Below, piece after piece: positions 1-11,110 of a stretch of DNA of 64,000 bases (position 1 is its first letter; each line of letters begins with the position of its first letter). A program made the position numbers and the translations under genes. Location: NCBI GenBank assembly GCA_023954745.1, contig JAGSHC010000001.1, forward strand, positions 14,356 through 78,355, read 5' to 3'. The notes beneath the pieces were generated by a model that had not been told where the DNA came from, made no database searches, and was given only the letters and a program-made list of their open reading frames with translations. Origin of the DNA: Deltaproteobacteria bacterium (GTDB lineage Bacteria > Myxococcota_A > UBA796 > UBA9615).

Positions 1-211
1 CCTTCTCCTTGATCGAGGCGACGAGCTCCGCGAGGGGCTCTTCGGCGAAGTGACGACGAGGCTGGAACGGGTTCGCCCGAATCTCGTCAATGGGGATGTG
101 CACCACCGCACCGGCGGCGAGAGCAGCGCGGGGCCCGCCCTCCATCTCCGCGCCAGCAGCGTCGGGGATGAGGGAGGCGAGACCGCGTCCGAGGGTTCTG
201 CGCTTGTTCAT
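1..211 (-). CDS. parB: Chromosome partitioning protein ParB (5' part only; the gene runs off the window start)
   Basis: Reverse-complement of 1-211 reads MNKRRTLGRGLASLIPDAAG...IPIDEIRANPFQPRRHF, the ParB N-terminal GLGRGL motif. The ATG (revcomp cat at 209-211) lies 13 nt downstream of the parA stop, the classic parAB arrangement. Confidence 0.8.
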   Translation of the reverse strand, partial: MNKRRTLGRGLASLIPDAAGAEMEGGPRAALAAGAVVHIPIDEIRANPFQPRRHFAEEPLAELVASIKEK

Positions 212-224
212 GTCTGCTTCCCTC

Positions 225-1034
225 CTATGCGCTCAGCGCTGCGTTCGTCAGCGTCTGGCGTGACACCTGGATGCCGTGGCGAGCGAGCAGCTCGCGGGTG
301 AGGCCCATGTAGGCCTGGGCGCCCTTGGCGTCGATGTCGTAGAGGATGATTGGCTTGCCGAACGACGGAGCCTCACCAAGGCGCACGTTGCGCGGGATGA
401 TCGTCTCGAAGACCTTGTCGCCGAAGTGGCGCTGCACGTCCGCTGCGACCTGCTGGTTGAGGCGGTTCCGCCCGTCGTAGAGCGTCAGCAAGACACCTTC
501 GAGGACCAGCCTGGGGTTCAGGCGTCTCTGGATGAGCCGGATGGTGCGAGTCAGCTCTCCGAGGCCCTCGAGGGCGTAGTACTCGGTCTGAAGCGGAATC
601 AGCACCGCGTCGGCCGCGGTCAGGGCGTTCACGGTCAGCAGCCCGAGGCTCGGGGCGCAGTCGATGATGATCCAGTCGTAGTCCGACTCGACCGCCTCGA
701 TCTTGTCCGCGAGGACGTGCTCACGCGCGAGCGCGCTCGTCAGTTCGACCTCCGCGCCCACCAGGTCCGTGTTCGAGGGCGCCACGTGCAGGGTGCTGAG
801 CTCCGTCTGCCGAACGATGTTCCGGATCGGCTCGTCGTGCACCAGCACGTCGTAGAGCGAGCCACCGTCACTGTGCTTGTCCACACCGAGGCCGGACGTG
901 GCGTTCCCTTGCGGGTCCATGTCCACGAGCAACACCCGCTGCTCCGCCGCGGCCAGGCAGGCCCCGAGGTTGACTGCGGTCGTCGTCTTTCCGACGCCGC
1001 CCTTCTGATTGGAGATCGCGATGATGCGCGCCAT
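225..1034 (-). CDS. parA: Chromosome partitioning ATPase ParA/Soj
   Basis: ORF 225..1127(-). Internal ATG gives MARIIAISNQKGGVGKTTTAVNL (deviant Walker A KGGVGKT) and the protein ends ...TLTNAALSA. The real start is computed as 1127-31 codons = 1034; the track start at 1127 is a TTG 31 codons upstream. Confidence 0.93.
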   Translation of the reverse strand: MARIIAISNQKGGVGKTTTAVNLGACLAAAEQRVLLVDMDPQGNATSGLGVDKHSDGGSLYDVLVHDEPIRNIVRQTELSTLHVAPSNTDLVGAEVELTSALAREHVLADKIEAVESDYDWIIIDCAPSLGLLTVNALTAADAVLIPLQTEYYALEGLGELTRTIRLIQRRLNPRLVLEGVLLTLYDGRNRLNQQVAADVQRHFGDKVFETIIPRNVRLGEAPSFGKPIILYDIDAKGAQAYMGLTRELLARHGIQVSRQTLTNAALSA

Positions 1035-1236
1035 CGAGCGCCTTCCGTTCGTTGTCTGTGGAGGCAAAACGTGCGCTTGCACGCTCCACACGGTCGGAAC
1101 GTAAAACAGCGCATAATCCCCACGCAACGCTTTTATGGGAAAAAGAGACGCGGACGGCGGAAGGACTCTCGCAAGTCCTGATCACTGCTTGTTTTACGGA
1201 TCACTTGCGCGAGGCAACAAAATCTCGACGGGCTCT

Positions 1237-1875
1237 TTAGGGGACGATCCGGACCAGCAATTCGCGGTGATCGCCCGCCATGTCGGCGCGAAAATTCCCA
1301 TAGACCGACCGCCAGCCTTCTGGTGGCCACTTCTGGGCCTCCTCGATGCGAGCGGAGCTCGTGCTGACGAGGGCGCGTGTGCAGTTCCACGCGGCGGCTT
1401 CCCGCAGCGCATCTTCGGGAGCCGCGAAGGCGCGGGAGACAAACAGGAGATCCGGAAGGTCGACTCCGGATCGCACATCCTCGGACCGACCGTGATGCAC
1501 GGTGACCTGGGCTAGTCCCATCGCACGCGCCGCCTCTCGGAGATAGGCCGCTCGTTTCCGTCGCGCCTCCACCAGGTGAAACGGCACCTCGGGATAGTCC
1601 GCCGCCAACAGCAGGCCCGGAAGGCCCGCGCCCGAGCCCACGTCCACGGCAGCTCCAAAGGACTCTTCTCCAAGCGCAGCCCGACTCAGCCACGAGTCCC
1701 GCAGACCCTTGGCCAGCAGCTGCTCGGGAGTCCGCCAGCCCACGATGCGCTGAGCGCGGGACCAACGCGCCAGCACCTCGGTCCAGGTAGCCAGACGCTC
1801 CGCGGTCTCCTCCGAGATCGGGTGCACCTCGGCGAGCGCCGTCCGGATCGTCTCCACTCCAATGCGCAGGCTCAT
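1237..1875 (-). CDS. rsmG: 16S rRNA (guanine527-N7)-methyltransferase RsmG (GidB)
   Basis: 212 aa with an SAM-binding [12 protein letters not shown] motif. It is positioned directly downstream of mnmG with a 4-nt overlap (mnmG stop 1872-1874), the canonical mnmG-rsmG-parAB order. Confidence 0.85.
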   Translation of the reverse strand: MSLRIGVETIRTALAEVHPISEETAERLATWTEVLARWSRAQRIVGWRTPEQLLAKGLRDSWLSRAALGEESFGAAVDVGSGAGLPGLLLAADYPEVPFHLVEARRKRAAYLREAARAMGLAQVTVHHGRSEDVRSGVDLPDLLFVSRAFAAPEDALREAAAWNCTRALVSTSSARIEEAQKWPPEGWRSVYGNFRADMAGDHRELLVRIVP

Positions 1876-3767
1876 GTCCGTCTCCGGTGGGGGGCTAGAC
1901 CACCTCGAATCCGCGCGGCGACCAAGGCGAGGGCCGCCGGCGTCATGCCTGGAATCCGCGCCGCTGCATCGAGCGTCTCAGGACGGACGCGCCCCAGCTT
2001 CTCCACCAGCTCGTGACGCAGGCCGGGAATCCCGTGAAACACGAACTCCGCCGGGATCTTCAGGCCTCCCAGCTGCCGCACGCGCTCCACCTCGATCTCC
2101 TGACGGCGGATGTACCCCCGGTACCGGCACTGCACCACCACCTGGTCCACCTCGTCGTCTGTGAGGGTCGGGAGGGGGAGCTCCGCAGCGTGAGCCAAGG
2201 AGCGCAGCTCGAGGTTTGGCCGGCGAAGCAGCTCCGCCACCGAGCGTCGGTTCGTCACCGGCTGCTCCCCCTGCTCCACGAGCCACGCCGCGAGCCTTGG
2301 ACTCGGCTCCACCCGGGTGGCATCCGCCCACGCGATCCCTTGGTCCACCGCCGCTCGTCGAGCCAGGAAGCGGGTCCACCGTGCCTCGTCCACGAGCCCC
2401 ACGCGGCGGCCCGTGGGCGTCAGCCGCAGGTCGGCGTTGTCCTCCCGAAGGAGAAGTCGGAACTCCGCCCGGCTGGTGAACATGCGGTAGGGCTCGCTGG
2501 TCCCCTTCGTGGTCAGGTCGTCCACGAGCACACCGATGTAGGCCTCGTCACGTCGGAGCACCAGGGGCGGGTCCCCAGTGGCCGACAGCGCCGCGTTGAT
2601 CCCCGCGAGGATGCCCTGAGCGGCTGCCTCTTCGTAGCCGGTGGTCCCGTTGATCTGGCCCGCCAGCCAGAGGCCCTTCACCTCCCTCGACTGAAGGGTC
2701 GCGTCGAGCTGGCGGGGGTCCCCGTAGTCGTACTCGATGGCGTAGCCAGGCCGCACGATGCGCGCCTCCTCGAGGCCCTCCATCGTGTGAATCGCCGCGA
2801 CCTGCACCTCCACCGGCAAGCTCGTGCTGAACCCGTTGGGATACACCTCCCGCGTGGCGAGGCCTTCCGGCTCGAGGAACACCCGGTGGCTCGTCTTCTG
2901 GGGGAAACGGACGACCTTGTCCTCGATGGCCGGGCAGTACCGAGGGCCCACACCGTCGATGCTGGCGTCCGGCCCGTAGATCGGCGAGTGACGAAGACCG
3001 TCGCGGATGGCCTCATGGGTGGCCTCGTTGGTGGCAGTCACCCCGCAGCGAACCTGCGGAAGCGACGACGGAGCCCCGTGGAACGAGAACCGGCCGCCAG
3101 GATGATCACCCTCCTGCGGCGGCAGCCGAGCCCAGTCGATGGTGCGCCCGTCGAGGCGTGGAACCGTTCCGGTCTTGAGCCGGCCCAACCGGTGCCCCAG
3201 CCGCGTGAGTGCCGCAGAGAGACCCTCGGCCGCTGGAGCCCCGTTGCCCCCGCCAGGGCGCGCGTGAGTGCCCGTGTGCAGCCGTCCCCGCAGGTAGGTG
3301 CCGGTGGTCACGATGGCGGTACGGCATGGGATGACGCTGCCATCAGCGAGGCTCACGCCCACGAGCGTGAGATGTTCCACGAGAAACTCACGCGCCTCCC
3401 CCTGCACCACCGTGAGCCCCATCTGCTCACGGCACACCTGCGTCATGCGGCGCTGATACAGGTGCCGGTCCACCTGGCTGCGACTGCTGCGAGCAGCTAA
3501 ACCCTTGCGAGTATTGAGGAATTTAAACTGGACGCTCGTCTGATCGGCGGTGAGAGCCATCTGACCACCGAGGGCATCGATCTCCCGAACGAGGTGCCCC
3601 TTGGCCTGTCCACCGATGGCCGGATTGCATGGCATGCGGCCGATCCCGGACGCCCGGAGGGTGACCAACACCGTGGAACGACCCATGCGCGCCGAAGCGA
3701 GCGCCGCCTCGACTCCCGCATGTCCACCGCCAATCACGACGACATCGACCGTGTCCCGTCCACTCAT
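1872..3767 (-). CDS. mnmG: tRNA uridine 5-carboxymethylaminomethyl modification enzyme MnmG (GidA)
   Basis: ORF 1872..4010(-). The FAD-binding N-terminus [22 protein letters not shown] begins at the internal ATG (residue 82 of the track ORF), giving start 3767. The ~630 aa length is typical of MnmG. Confidence 0.93.
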   Translation of the reverse strand: MSGRDTVDVVVIGGGHAGVEAALASARMGRSTVLVTLRASGIGRMPCNPAIGGQAKGHLVREIDALGGQMALTADQTSVQFKFLNTRKGLAARSSRSQVDRHLYQRRMTQVCREQMGLTVVQGEAREFLVEHLTLVGVSLADGSVIPCRTAIVTTGTYLRGRLHTGTHARPGGGNGAPAAEGLSAALTRLGHRLGRLKTGTVPRLDGRTIDWARLPPQEGDHPGGRFSFHGAPSSLPQVRCGVTATNEATHEAIRDGLRHSPIYGPDASIDGVGPRYCPAIEDKVVRFPQKTSHRVFLEPEGLATREVYPNGFSTSLPVEVQVAAIHTMEGLEEARIVRPGYAIEYDYGDPRQLDATLQSREVKGLWLAGQINGTTGYEEAAAQGILAGINAALSATGDPPLVLRRDEAYIGVLVDDLTTKGTSEPYRMFTSRAEFRLLLREDNADLRLTPTGRRVGLVDEARWTRFLARRAAVDQGIAWADATRVEPSPRLAAWLVEQGEQPVTNRRSVAELLRRPNLELRSLAHAAELPLPTLTDDEVDQVVVQCRYRGYIRRQEIEVERVRQLGGLKIPAEFVFHGIPGLRHELVEKLGRVRPETLDAAARIPGMTPAALALVAARIRGGLAPHRRRT

Positions 3768-3800
3768 GGCGCGGGAGGGTAACAGCCCGATCTGACGCCA

Positions 3801-3816
3801 TGTTTCACGGGAAACA
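3801..3816. promoter_or_regulatory. parS centromere-like site (TGTTTCACGGGAAACA, 15/16 to consensus TGTTTCACGTGAAACA)
   Basis: Read directly in the mnmE-mnmG intergenic region. It is a palindrome with a single central mismatch. Confidence 0.75.
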
Positions 3817-3818
3817 CG

Positions 3819-3834
3819 CATTTCACGTGAAACA
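3819..3834. promoter_or_regulatory. parS centromere-like site (cATTTCACGTGAAACA; 14-bp core ATTTCACGTGAAAC is 13/14 to GTTTCACGTGAAAC)
   Basis: It lies 2 bp after the first parS, so the two sites form a tandem pair ~2.7 kb from parAB. Confidence 0.75.
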
Positions 3835-3966
3835 AGGCCCCAAGGATCCTGGCCGAGGTACCCCCTGGGTACCCCTCGGAGTGGGTCTCTATTCTCCTTG
3901 TTTTCCTTATCTAAGGAACGAGATCTGCGCGTCCGCCAGAGGGGGGACGACGCGGGGTGTCCCCGC

Positions 3967-5346
3967 CTACTTCCCGATGCAGAAGCGGGCGAAGAGCTCG
4001 TCGAGCACACGCTCGTCGACCCACTGTCCGGTCAGCTCCTCGAGGGCGCGCCCCGCCCGGCGCAAGGCCACCGCCGCCAACACCGGCTCCTCAGGGCCCG
4101 CTCCCAACGCTTCCCCGACAGCACCGTGGGCAGCAACCATGGCGTCCTCCTGACGGGCCGTGTGGAGCACCAGCTCCGCGGGACCTGTCGACACCTCACT
4201 GGCCGTGACGATGGCGTCGCGCACCGCCTCGAGGCCAGTCCCGCCCGGACCATCGACCAGGGTCCATTCCTCGCCCAGCGCTCTACGTTGGGCGTCCGTC
4301 AGGAGGTCTGCGTGGGTCGCCACGGCCACCGTGGGCGCCGTGGATGGCGCGGAAAGGGCAGCATCCTGATGGAGAGAGTCAGCCGGTCTCCGGCCGTCCT
4401 GCACCAGAACGACCACGTCCGCCTCGGAGCGCGCGCGACTCGATCGCTCGATGCCGATGGCTTCCACCGGATCACTCGTCTCGCGAAGGCCCGCGGTGTC
4501 CTCGAGGCGAAAAGCGACCCCCGCCCACTCCACCGTCTCGGAGACGACGTCGCGCGTGGTGCCGGCGATGGGCGAGACGATGGCGCGGTCGTGGCCGAGC
4601 AACGCGTTGAGCAGCGTCGACTTCCCTGCGTTGACGGGACCCGTGATGGCGACTCTGACCCCATCGAGGAGACGCCGTCCAGCGCGTGCGGTGTCGACGA
4701 GTGCACCCATCTCCCGCGAGAGATCGGCCAGCCCGTCGAGGTGATGGGCCACCTCGTCTTCCTCGACCTCATCGGGAAAGTCCACGAGGGCCTCGAGCGC
4801 CACGGCTGCCCCCAGGAGACGTCCCGTCCACCCGTGGAGGCGCTGCCCCAGCTCGCCCCCCAGATGCCGCTGAGCGACCCGTGCGGCGGCCGCGCTGGGT
4901 GCTCGAATCAGCGCATCGACCCCTTCGGCCTGGAGCATCGACAGCTTGCCGTGGGCGAGGGCTCGCCGAGTGAACTCCCCGGGCCCCGCCAACCGGGCTC
5001 CCCCCGCGACACAGGCATCGAGGGCCAAGCGCAGAAGCACGGGGTTGCCGTGCATCTGGAGCTCGACGACGTGTTCGCCGGTGTAGCTGTGCGGGGCTCG
5101 AAACCAAGCGAGAAGAGCGCGATCGAGCGGCCGATTCGCCACGTCGTGCACGGTCACCAGAGTCAGACGACGGTCCTGGGACTCCGAGGGAGTCCGACGC
5201 GTCAGCTGATGGACAATGCGCTCGAGACCGGCGAGCTCGCCCGAGAGGCGCACGACGCCGATGGCTCCACGCCCTTGGGGCGTCGAGACCGCGACAATGA
5301 CGTCGTCCACGAGATGGGCGGCCTGCCCGAGAAGGGAGTCCGCCAC
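3967..5346 (-). CDS. mnmE: tRNA modification GTPase MnmE (TrmE)
   Basis: 459 aa from a GTG start. The N-terminus reads [24 protein letters not shown]-domain motifs [14 protein letters not shown] and DTAG are present, and the C-terminus is the signature CIGK. Confidence 0.92.
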   Translation of the reverse strand: MADSLLGQAAHLVDDVIVAVSTPQGRGAIGVVRLSGELAGLERIVHQLTRRTPSESQDRRLTLVTVHDVANRPLDRALLAWFRAPHSYTGEHVVELQMHGNPVLLRLALDACVAGGARLAGPGEFTRRALAHGKLSMLQAEGVDALIRAPSAAAARVAQRHLGGELGQRLHGWTGRLLGAAVALEALVDFPDEVEEDEVAHHLDGLADLSREMGALVDTARAGRRLLDGVRVAITGPVNAGKSTLLNALLGHDRAIVSPIAGTTRDVVSETVEWAGVAFRLEDTAGLRETSDPVEAIGIERSSRARSEADVVVLVQDGRRPADSLHQDAALSAPSTAPTVAVATHADLLTDAQRRALGEEWTLVDGPGGTGLEAVRDAIVTASEVSTGPAELVLHTARQEDAMVAAHGAVGEALGAGPEEPVLAAVALRRAGRALEELTGQWVDERVLDELFARFCIGK

Positions 5347-5353
5347 CGGGTGA

Positions 5354-6003
5354 CTAGTCGTCGTCGTCCGGCTTGATCTTCACGGACTTGAAGGAGCCTT
5401 CCCCGACGGACTTGCTCTTCACACCCTCGGTCTCCTTGACCATGTTGTGCACCACGTGGCGCTCGTAGCCGTTCATGCGGCGCAGAGTCACGGAGTCACC
5501 GGTGTTCAAGACCCGGTTGATGCCCTCGCGGATTTCGTCCTCGAGCTCCGCCTCGCGGTCTCCGAGGTAGCCGTCGACGTCCAGGGACACCTTGCCCTCG
5601 ACCCCAGACTTCGCCATCACCTTGCCGAACAGGTGCTGGAACGCGGGGAGGTTCTTGCCCTCGCGTCCGATCAGCAGTCGCCCGTCTTCGGCGCCGGCGA
5701 TGTCGATGACGAGACGGTCACCGTGCCGCCAGGTCCGGAGCGCAGCACCGTTGTCGAACCAGCCGAGCAGCTCGCGCAGCCAGGCCTTGCCCGTGCTGGT
5801 GAGCTCTTCGTCGGCCTTTCGGGCCTCGAGCACGGCGGGATCGAGCTCGCGGGCCTTGACCAGAACCGACCAGGCGCCACCACGGAAGTGCTCGCGCTCG
5901 TAGGCCCAGTCCATGTCGTCAGGCGTCTCGACGCCGAGCTTCTTGGCTGCGTCGGCAAGGGCCTCGAAGAGGGTCGTTCCCTCGCCCTGATAGATGGTCT
6001 CGC

Positions 6004-6007
<4 letters not shown>
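5354..6007 (-). CDS. jag: RNA-binding protein Jag/KhpB (KH + R3H domains)
   Basis: The internal ATG (MSETIYQGEG...) inside track ORF 5354..6583 gives a 217-aa protein with a C-terminal R3H-like region. Its ATG overlaps the yidC stop (ATGA), the conserved yidC-jag order. Confidence 0.8.
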
Positions 6008-7739
<1,732 letters not shown>

Positions 7740-7743
<4 letters not shown>

Positions 7744-8045
7744 AGGGTCACCGCCTCAGCGGCGTCGGCGACAAACGCGCTGCCGTGATCATGGTCATGG
7801 GAGTGGTCGTGGCCACAGTCGTGGGGAGCCGGGAGGCTCGGGACCGGGTCGTAGCCGCCCGGGTATCCCGGGTGACAGCGCGCGAGTCGCTTGATGCCCA
7901 TCCAACCACCCCTGAACGCGCCAAAGCGCTCCACGGCTTCCATCGCGTAGACGGAGCAGGTGGGCTCGTAGCGACATGCAGGGGGGAGAGCGGGGGAGAT
8001 CCAGCGCTTGTAGAACCGGAGGGGGACGAGCAACAACCACTTCAT
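7740..8045 (-). CDS. yidD: Membrane protein insertion efficiency factor YidD
   Basis: 101 aa containing [29 protein letters not shown], the YidD signature. It overlaps yidC by 4 nt and has a His/Asp-rich C-terminal tail. Confidence 0.85.
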
Positions 8046-8470
8046 GGCTCGTCCCTACTCCTCTTCGGGGCATTTGATTGCCCCCGACGATTCAACCAGC
8101 TGATGAGCTCGCCCAGTTCGGACTCGACGTCCGCAAGCTTCAGCGTCTGGGCGCCTTGCCTGGCGATGACCACCAGATCCCAGGGATGTGCCAGATCGTG
8201 GCGATGGTGTCGGTACCACTCCCGGAGTACGCGCTTGACCCGCGAACGGACCGGCGAATTCCCGACCTTCTTGCTTACCGTCAGGCCGACGCGCCCACCC
8301 GGATGATCAGGTGTGGATTGCGCCCAGGCGATCAGGAAGTGCTTCGTGCGAAAGGTGCGCGACCGCTTTCGGAGTTCTCGGTAATCCCGAGTCCGATGGA
8401 TCCGCACACTCCGCGGGAAGCGAGCGTCGGTCAGGCTACTTCGAGCTGATGGTCGGCACGAGGCTCTTAC
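8042..8470 (-). CDS. rnpA: Ribonuclease P protein component RnpA (start uncertain)
   Basis: Contains [28 protein letters not shown]...[25 protein letters not shown] (RnpA RNR motif). There is no in-frame ATG near the conserved N-terminus. Candidate starts are GTG codons inside the rpmH 3' end (8470 chosen) or a CTG at 8432-8434 right after the rpmH stop. Confidence 0.75.
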   Translation of the reverse strand, partial: VRASCRPSARSSLTDARFPRSVRIHRTRDYRELRKRSRTFRTKHFLIAWAQSTPDHPGGRVGLTVSKKVGNSPVRSRVKRVLREWYRHHRHDLAHPWDLVVIARQGAQTLKLADVESELGELISWLNRRGQSNAPKRSRDEP

Positions 8471-8585
8471 GCCCGCGACGACGGCGACGAGCCAAGATGG
8501 CGCGTCCGTTCTTGGTGGCCATGCGGGCACGGAATCCGTGGGTCCGCTTCCGCGAGATGTTCGACGGCTGGAAGGTGCGCTTCAT
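8436..8585 (-). CDS. rpmH: 50S ribosomal protein L34
   Basis: An internal ATG yields [49 protein letters not shown] (49 aa), a near-universal L34 sequence. Confidence 0.93.
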   Translation of the reverse strand: MKRTFQPSNISRKRTHGFRARMATKNGRAILARRRRRGRKSLVPTISSK

Positions 8586-8825
8586 CGTTCGGCTCCGCCT
8601 ATTCGGGGTCTGGGTCGAAAGGCGCGCAAACGTATTGGAGGGTCGACGGGGTGTCAAGCATGCTCCGGTCGATCAATACGCCCCCCCGACCCCCCTCCCC
8701 ACGTCCGGTCTGGGCTCGTGACCTTTCGCCTATAGATACTCGCGCGCGAGCGCGCGCCCGCCGCGCGCGCCCGTCATTCGGATCGCTGGGCTGTTCGCTC
8801 GCCGGTCGAGACGACACTCCCTAGC

Positions 8826-8958
8826 GAGGGCGACGATCATCCAGGGGCGATCGCGACGATCGCTCAGAGGCGACGGCGACGATCATCCAGAGGCGATCGC
8901 GACGATCGTCCAGAGGCGATCGCGACGATCGTTCAGAGGCGATCGCGACGATCCTCCG
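8826..8958. repeat. Tandem direct repeat, 5 full + 1 partial copies of a 23-bp unit (consensus GAGGCGATCGCGACGATCGTCCA) in the rpmH-dnaA intergenic region
   Basis: Read directly. Units are at 8826-8843 (partial), 8844-8866, 8867-8889, 8890-8912, 8913-8935 and 8936-8958. Each unit carries GATC twice and a TCGTCCA/TCATCCA core. The overlapping ORF 8821..9369(-) is a repeat-translation artefact. Confidence 0.85.
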
Positions 8959-9416
8959 GACCTGGCCCGCGCGATTCTCTCCGACCGAACTCGGGGGGGT
9001 CCCAGGCCGCAGATCCGTTGAATGCCGGGAGGCTTCAATGATTCTCTGCGTCGTCGACCCACCAGCTCCCTGCGCCCAACCCCAGCGCCGCCCGAGTCGG
9101 TTTCGTCGGATTGTCCCCGCTGCGTCGAGCGTTTCCGGTCGGATCTCAAAAACACGTACAAATGGCGCACGCAAGTACCTGCGGGAGACCACCAAAATGT
9201 CACCCGTCCAACAGGGGTCGATTCCCATCCCCGAGGTGGCATGACTGAGTTTGAACCGGAATCTGGCGCCAGTCCCGGCGTAGATTCCCAGGTTCGCAGT
9301 GCGCTGTTTTCGCCACCGAAATCCAGCTTCAGAGCCGTTGCGGGGGGTGGGGGCCAGGGGTAGCTTCAAATTCCTCGGCGGCCTCCGGGGTCAATCTTCA
9401 AGAAACGGGATGCAAT

Positions 9417-10760
9417 TTGATGCTTCGTTCCACCTGGGACGAGGTCTGTGCCCGCGTGCGTCAGGTCGAAGACCCCTTCTTCCATGACCCGTGGCTGGAC
9501 CGCTTGACGTTCGTCGACGCTGACGAGGACAGGGTGATCCTGGCCACGCCAAATCGGCTCTACGTGGAGTGGATTCAGGAGAACCTCGAGCCGAAGCTCC
9601 TCGAGCATGTTCAGGCCGTCACTGCGCGGCCGTACCTGATCGACTACGAGCTCGATGCATCCGTGGGACCGGGTCGGGGACCCGCCTCCGCGCGCGTCGA
9701 GACGCCCGAACCCATCACTCCGGCCTACGACTCCCACTTGAACATCCGCCACAGCTTCGAGAGCTTTGTGGTCGGCAGTGGAAACCAGTTCGCGACCGCG
9801 GCGTGTCAGAACGTGGCGGACGCACCGGCGCGGAACTACAACCCTCTGTTTCTCTTTGGCGGTGTCGGCCTCGGCAAGACCCACCTCCTCCACGCAATCG
9901 GCAACCGAATCCTCCAGGGGAATCCTTCGGCTCGGGTGCTCTACCTCTCTGCGAACGACTTCACCACCGAACTCATCAACTGCATCCGGTTCAAGCGGAT
10001 GGAGGAGTTCCGGGAGAAGTTCCGGCGGAACTGCGACGTCCTGCTGATGGACGACATCGAGTTCCTTGCGGGCAAGGAGCGGACCCAGGAGGAGTTCTTC
10101 CACACGTTCGAGGCCCTCCACGGCAGCGGGCGTCAGATCGTGGTCACTGCGGACCGCTATCCGAAGGACATTCAGGGGCTCGAGGAGCGTCTTCGCAGCC
10201 GCTTCGACTGGGGGCTGGTTGCGGACATCCAGCCACCGGACACCGAGACCAAGGTCGCCATCCTTCGCCGCAAGGCCGACGAAGAGGCCATCGAGATCCC
10301 CAACGATGTGGCCTTCTTCGTCGCGCGGCATGCCAAGGGCAACGTGCGAGAACTCGAGGGGACGCTCACCCGCCTCCTGGCCATGAGCAGCTTCCACGCC
10401 GCGCCCATCACCGTGGAGTTCGCTCGCAAGAGCCTCAACGGCTACCTGCAGGTGGAAGCCCGGCACACGACCGTCGACACCATCCAGAGCGGGGTCGCCC
10501 GCTTCTTTGGAGTGAAGGTGCAGGACCTCAAGGGTCCTCGACGCACCAAGCAGGTCGTCATGCCCCGTCAGATCGCCATGTACCTGGCGCGCAAGCACAC
10601 TGGACTGTCGCTCCCCGAGATTGGGAAGCGCTTTGGGGGGCGGGACCACACCACGGTCCTTCACGCCGTCCGCAAGGTGAGTCGAGTGCGTGGAGATGAC
10701 CCCAACTACCGCTCGCGTCTCGACGGCGTCACAAGGTCGCTGGGACTACCACTGGAGTAG
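9417..10760 (+). CDS. dnaA: Chromosomal replication initiator protein DnaA
   Basis: 447 aa (TTG-ATG start). It has the AAA+ Walker A GGVGLGKTHLLHAIGN, Walker B LLMDDIEFL, and the C-terminal DNA-binding domain (...QIAMYLARKHTGLSLPEIGKRFGGRDHTTVLHAVRKV). Confidence 0.96.
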   Translation: MMLRSTWDEVCARVRQVEDPFFHDPWLDRLTFVDADEDRVILATPNRLYVEWIQENLEPKLLEHVQAVTARPYLIDYELDASVGPGRGPASARVETPEPITPAYDSHLNIRHSFESFVVGSGNQFATAACQNVADAPARNYNPLFLFGGVGLGKTHLLHAIGNRILQGNPSARVLYLSANDFTTELINCIRFKRMEEFREKFRRNCDVLLMDDIEFLAGKERTQEEFFHTFEALHGSGRQIVVTADRYPKDIQGLEERLRSRFDWGLVADIQPPDTETKVAILRRKADEEAIEIPNDVAFFVARHAKGNVRELEGTLTRLLAMSSFHAAPITVEFARKSLNGYLQVEARHTTVDTIQSGVARFFGVKVQDLKGPRRTKQVVMPRQIAMYLARKHTGLSLPEIGKRFGGRDHTTVLHAVRKVSRVRGDDPNYRSRLDGVTRSLGLPLE

Positions 10761-10787
10761 AGATTCGAGTCGCCTCGAGGGAGGCGT

Positions 10788-10817
10788 CTGGACCCTTCTG
10801 GTCCGGCCAAATTTTTT
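10788..10817 (+). terminator. Candidate intrinsic terminator downstream of dnaA (stem CTGGACC/GGTCCGG, then CCAAATTTTTT)
   Basis: A 7-bp stem with a 5-nt loop is followed within 5 nt by a T6 run, ~30 bp after the dnaA stop. A second short hairpin CGCCTCgaggGAGGCG lies at 10771-10786. Confidence 0.3.
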
Positions 10818-10859
10818 GCCCGCGGAGGTCGTTGGTCGAAGGAACCAATGTCTCCGCAC

Positions 10860-11110
10860 TGCTTTATCCGCATCACCCTGTGTACAAGTCGGTGGACATG
10901 CTGTTGAAGGGTCCGTGGACCAATTGTTAACGTTCGCACCTGCGAGCATCGATCTCGGTTATCCACGGAGATACACACCGGTGAATCCACCGGTTCTTCA
11001 CAGCAAATTACTGAGTCGTTGCAAGGAGTTCGGGGCCGTTTCCACAGAAACGCAGGCCTACAATCAACAACAAGAGATCAAAGAAAATGAGATCTCTTAT
11101 GAAGTGCATT
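10860..11110. promoter_or_regulatory. Candidate oriC: DnaA-box cluster plus AT-rich DNA unwinding element in the dnaA-dnaN intergenic region
   Basis: Seven DnaA-box-like 9-mers were read directly: TTATCCGCA (10864-10872), TGTGTACAA (10879-10887), GGTGGACAT (10891-10899, revcomp ATGTCCACC), GTGGACCAA (10915-10923), TTATCCACG (10959-10967), TGAATCCAC (10982-10990) and GTTTCCACA (11038-11046). Each matches TTATCCACA/TTGTCCACA at 7-8 of 9 positions. They are followed by a low-GC stretch CAATCAACAACAAGAGATCAAAGAAAATGAGATCTCTTATGAAGTGCATT (11061-11110) immediately upstream of dnaN. Confidence 0.55.

Noticed and set aside
3941-3966. Hairpin GCGGGGtgtCCCCGC downstream of the mnmE stop as an intrinsic terminator
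   Set aside because: No U-tract follows on the transcribed (minus) strand. It may be a stabilising stem-loop, but it is not called as a terminator.
8826-8958. Possibility that the 23-bp repeats are a CRISPR array
   Set aside because: The repeats are directly abutting with no spacers, the unit is not palindromic in the CRISPR manner, and there are no cas genes. It is classified as a simple tandem repeat.
8821-9369. 182-aa minus-strand ORF (…SERSSRSPLDDRRDRLW… repeated) spanning the rpmH-dnaA spacer
   Set aside because: It is the translation of the 23-bp tandem repeat array plus intergenic DNA. Its composition is periodic and low-complexity, with no start context. The non-coding origin-region repeat interpretation is preferred.
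9366-10664. 432-aa minus-strand ORF antisense to dnaA; similarly 13944..16100(-) antisense to gyrB, 21525..23657(-) antisense to gyrA, 51723..54014(-) antisense to the HEAT gene, and 56947..58701(-) antisense to the E1 gene
   Set aside because: These are long antisense open frames typical of ~70% GC DNA. Their translations are Arg/Pro/Gly/His-rich with no recognisable domains, while the sense frames are unambiguous conserved proteins.
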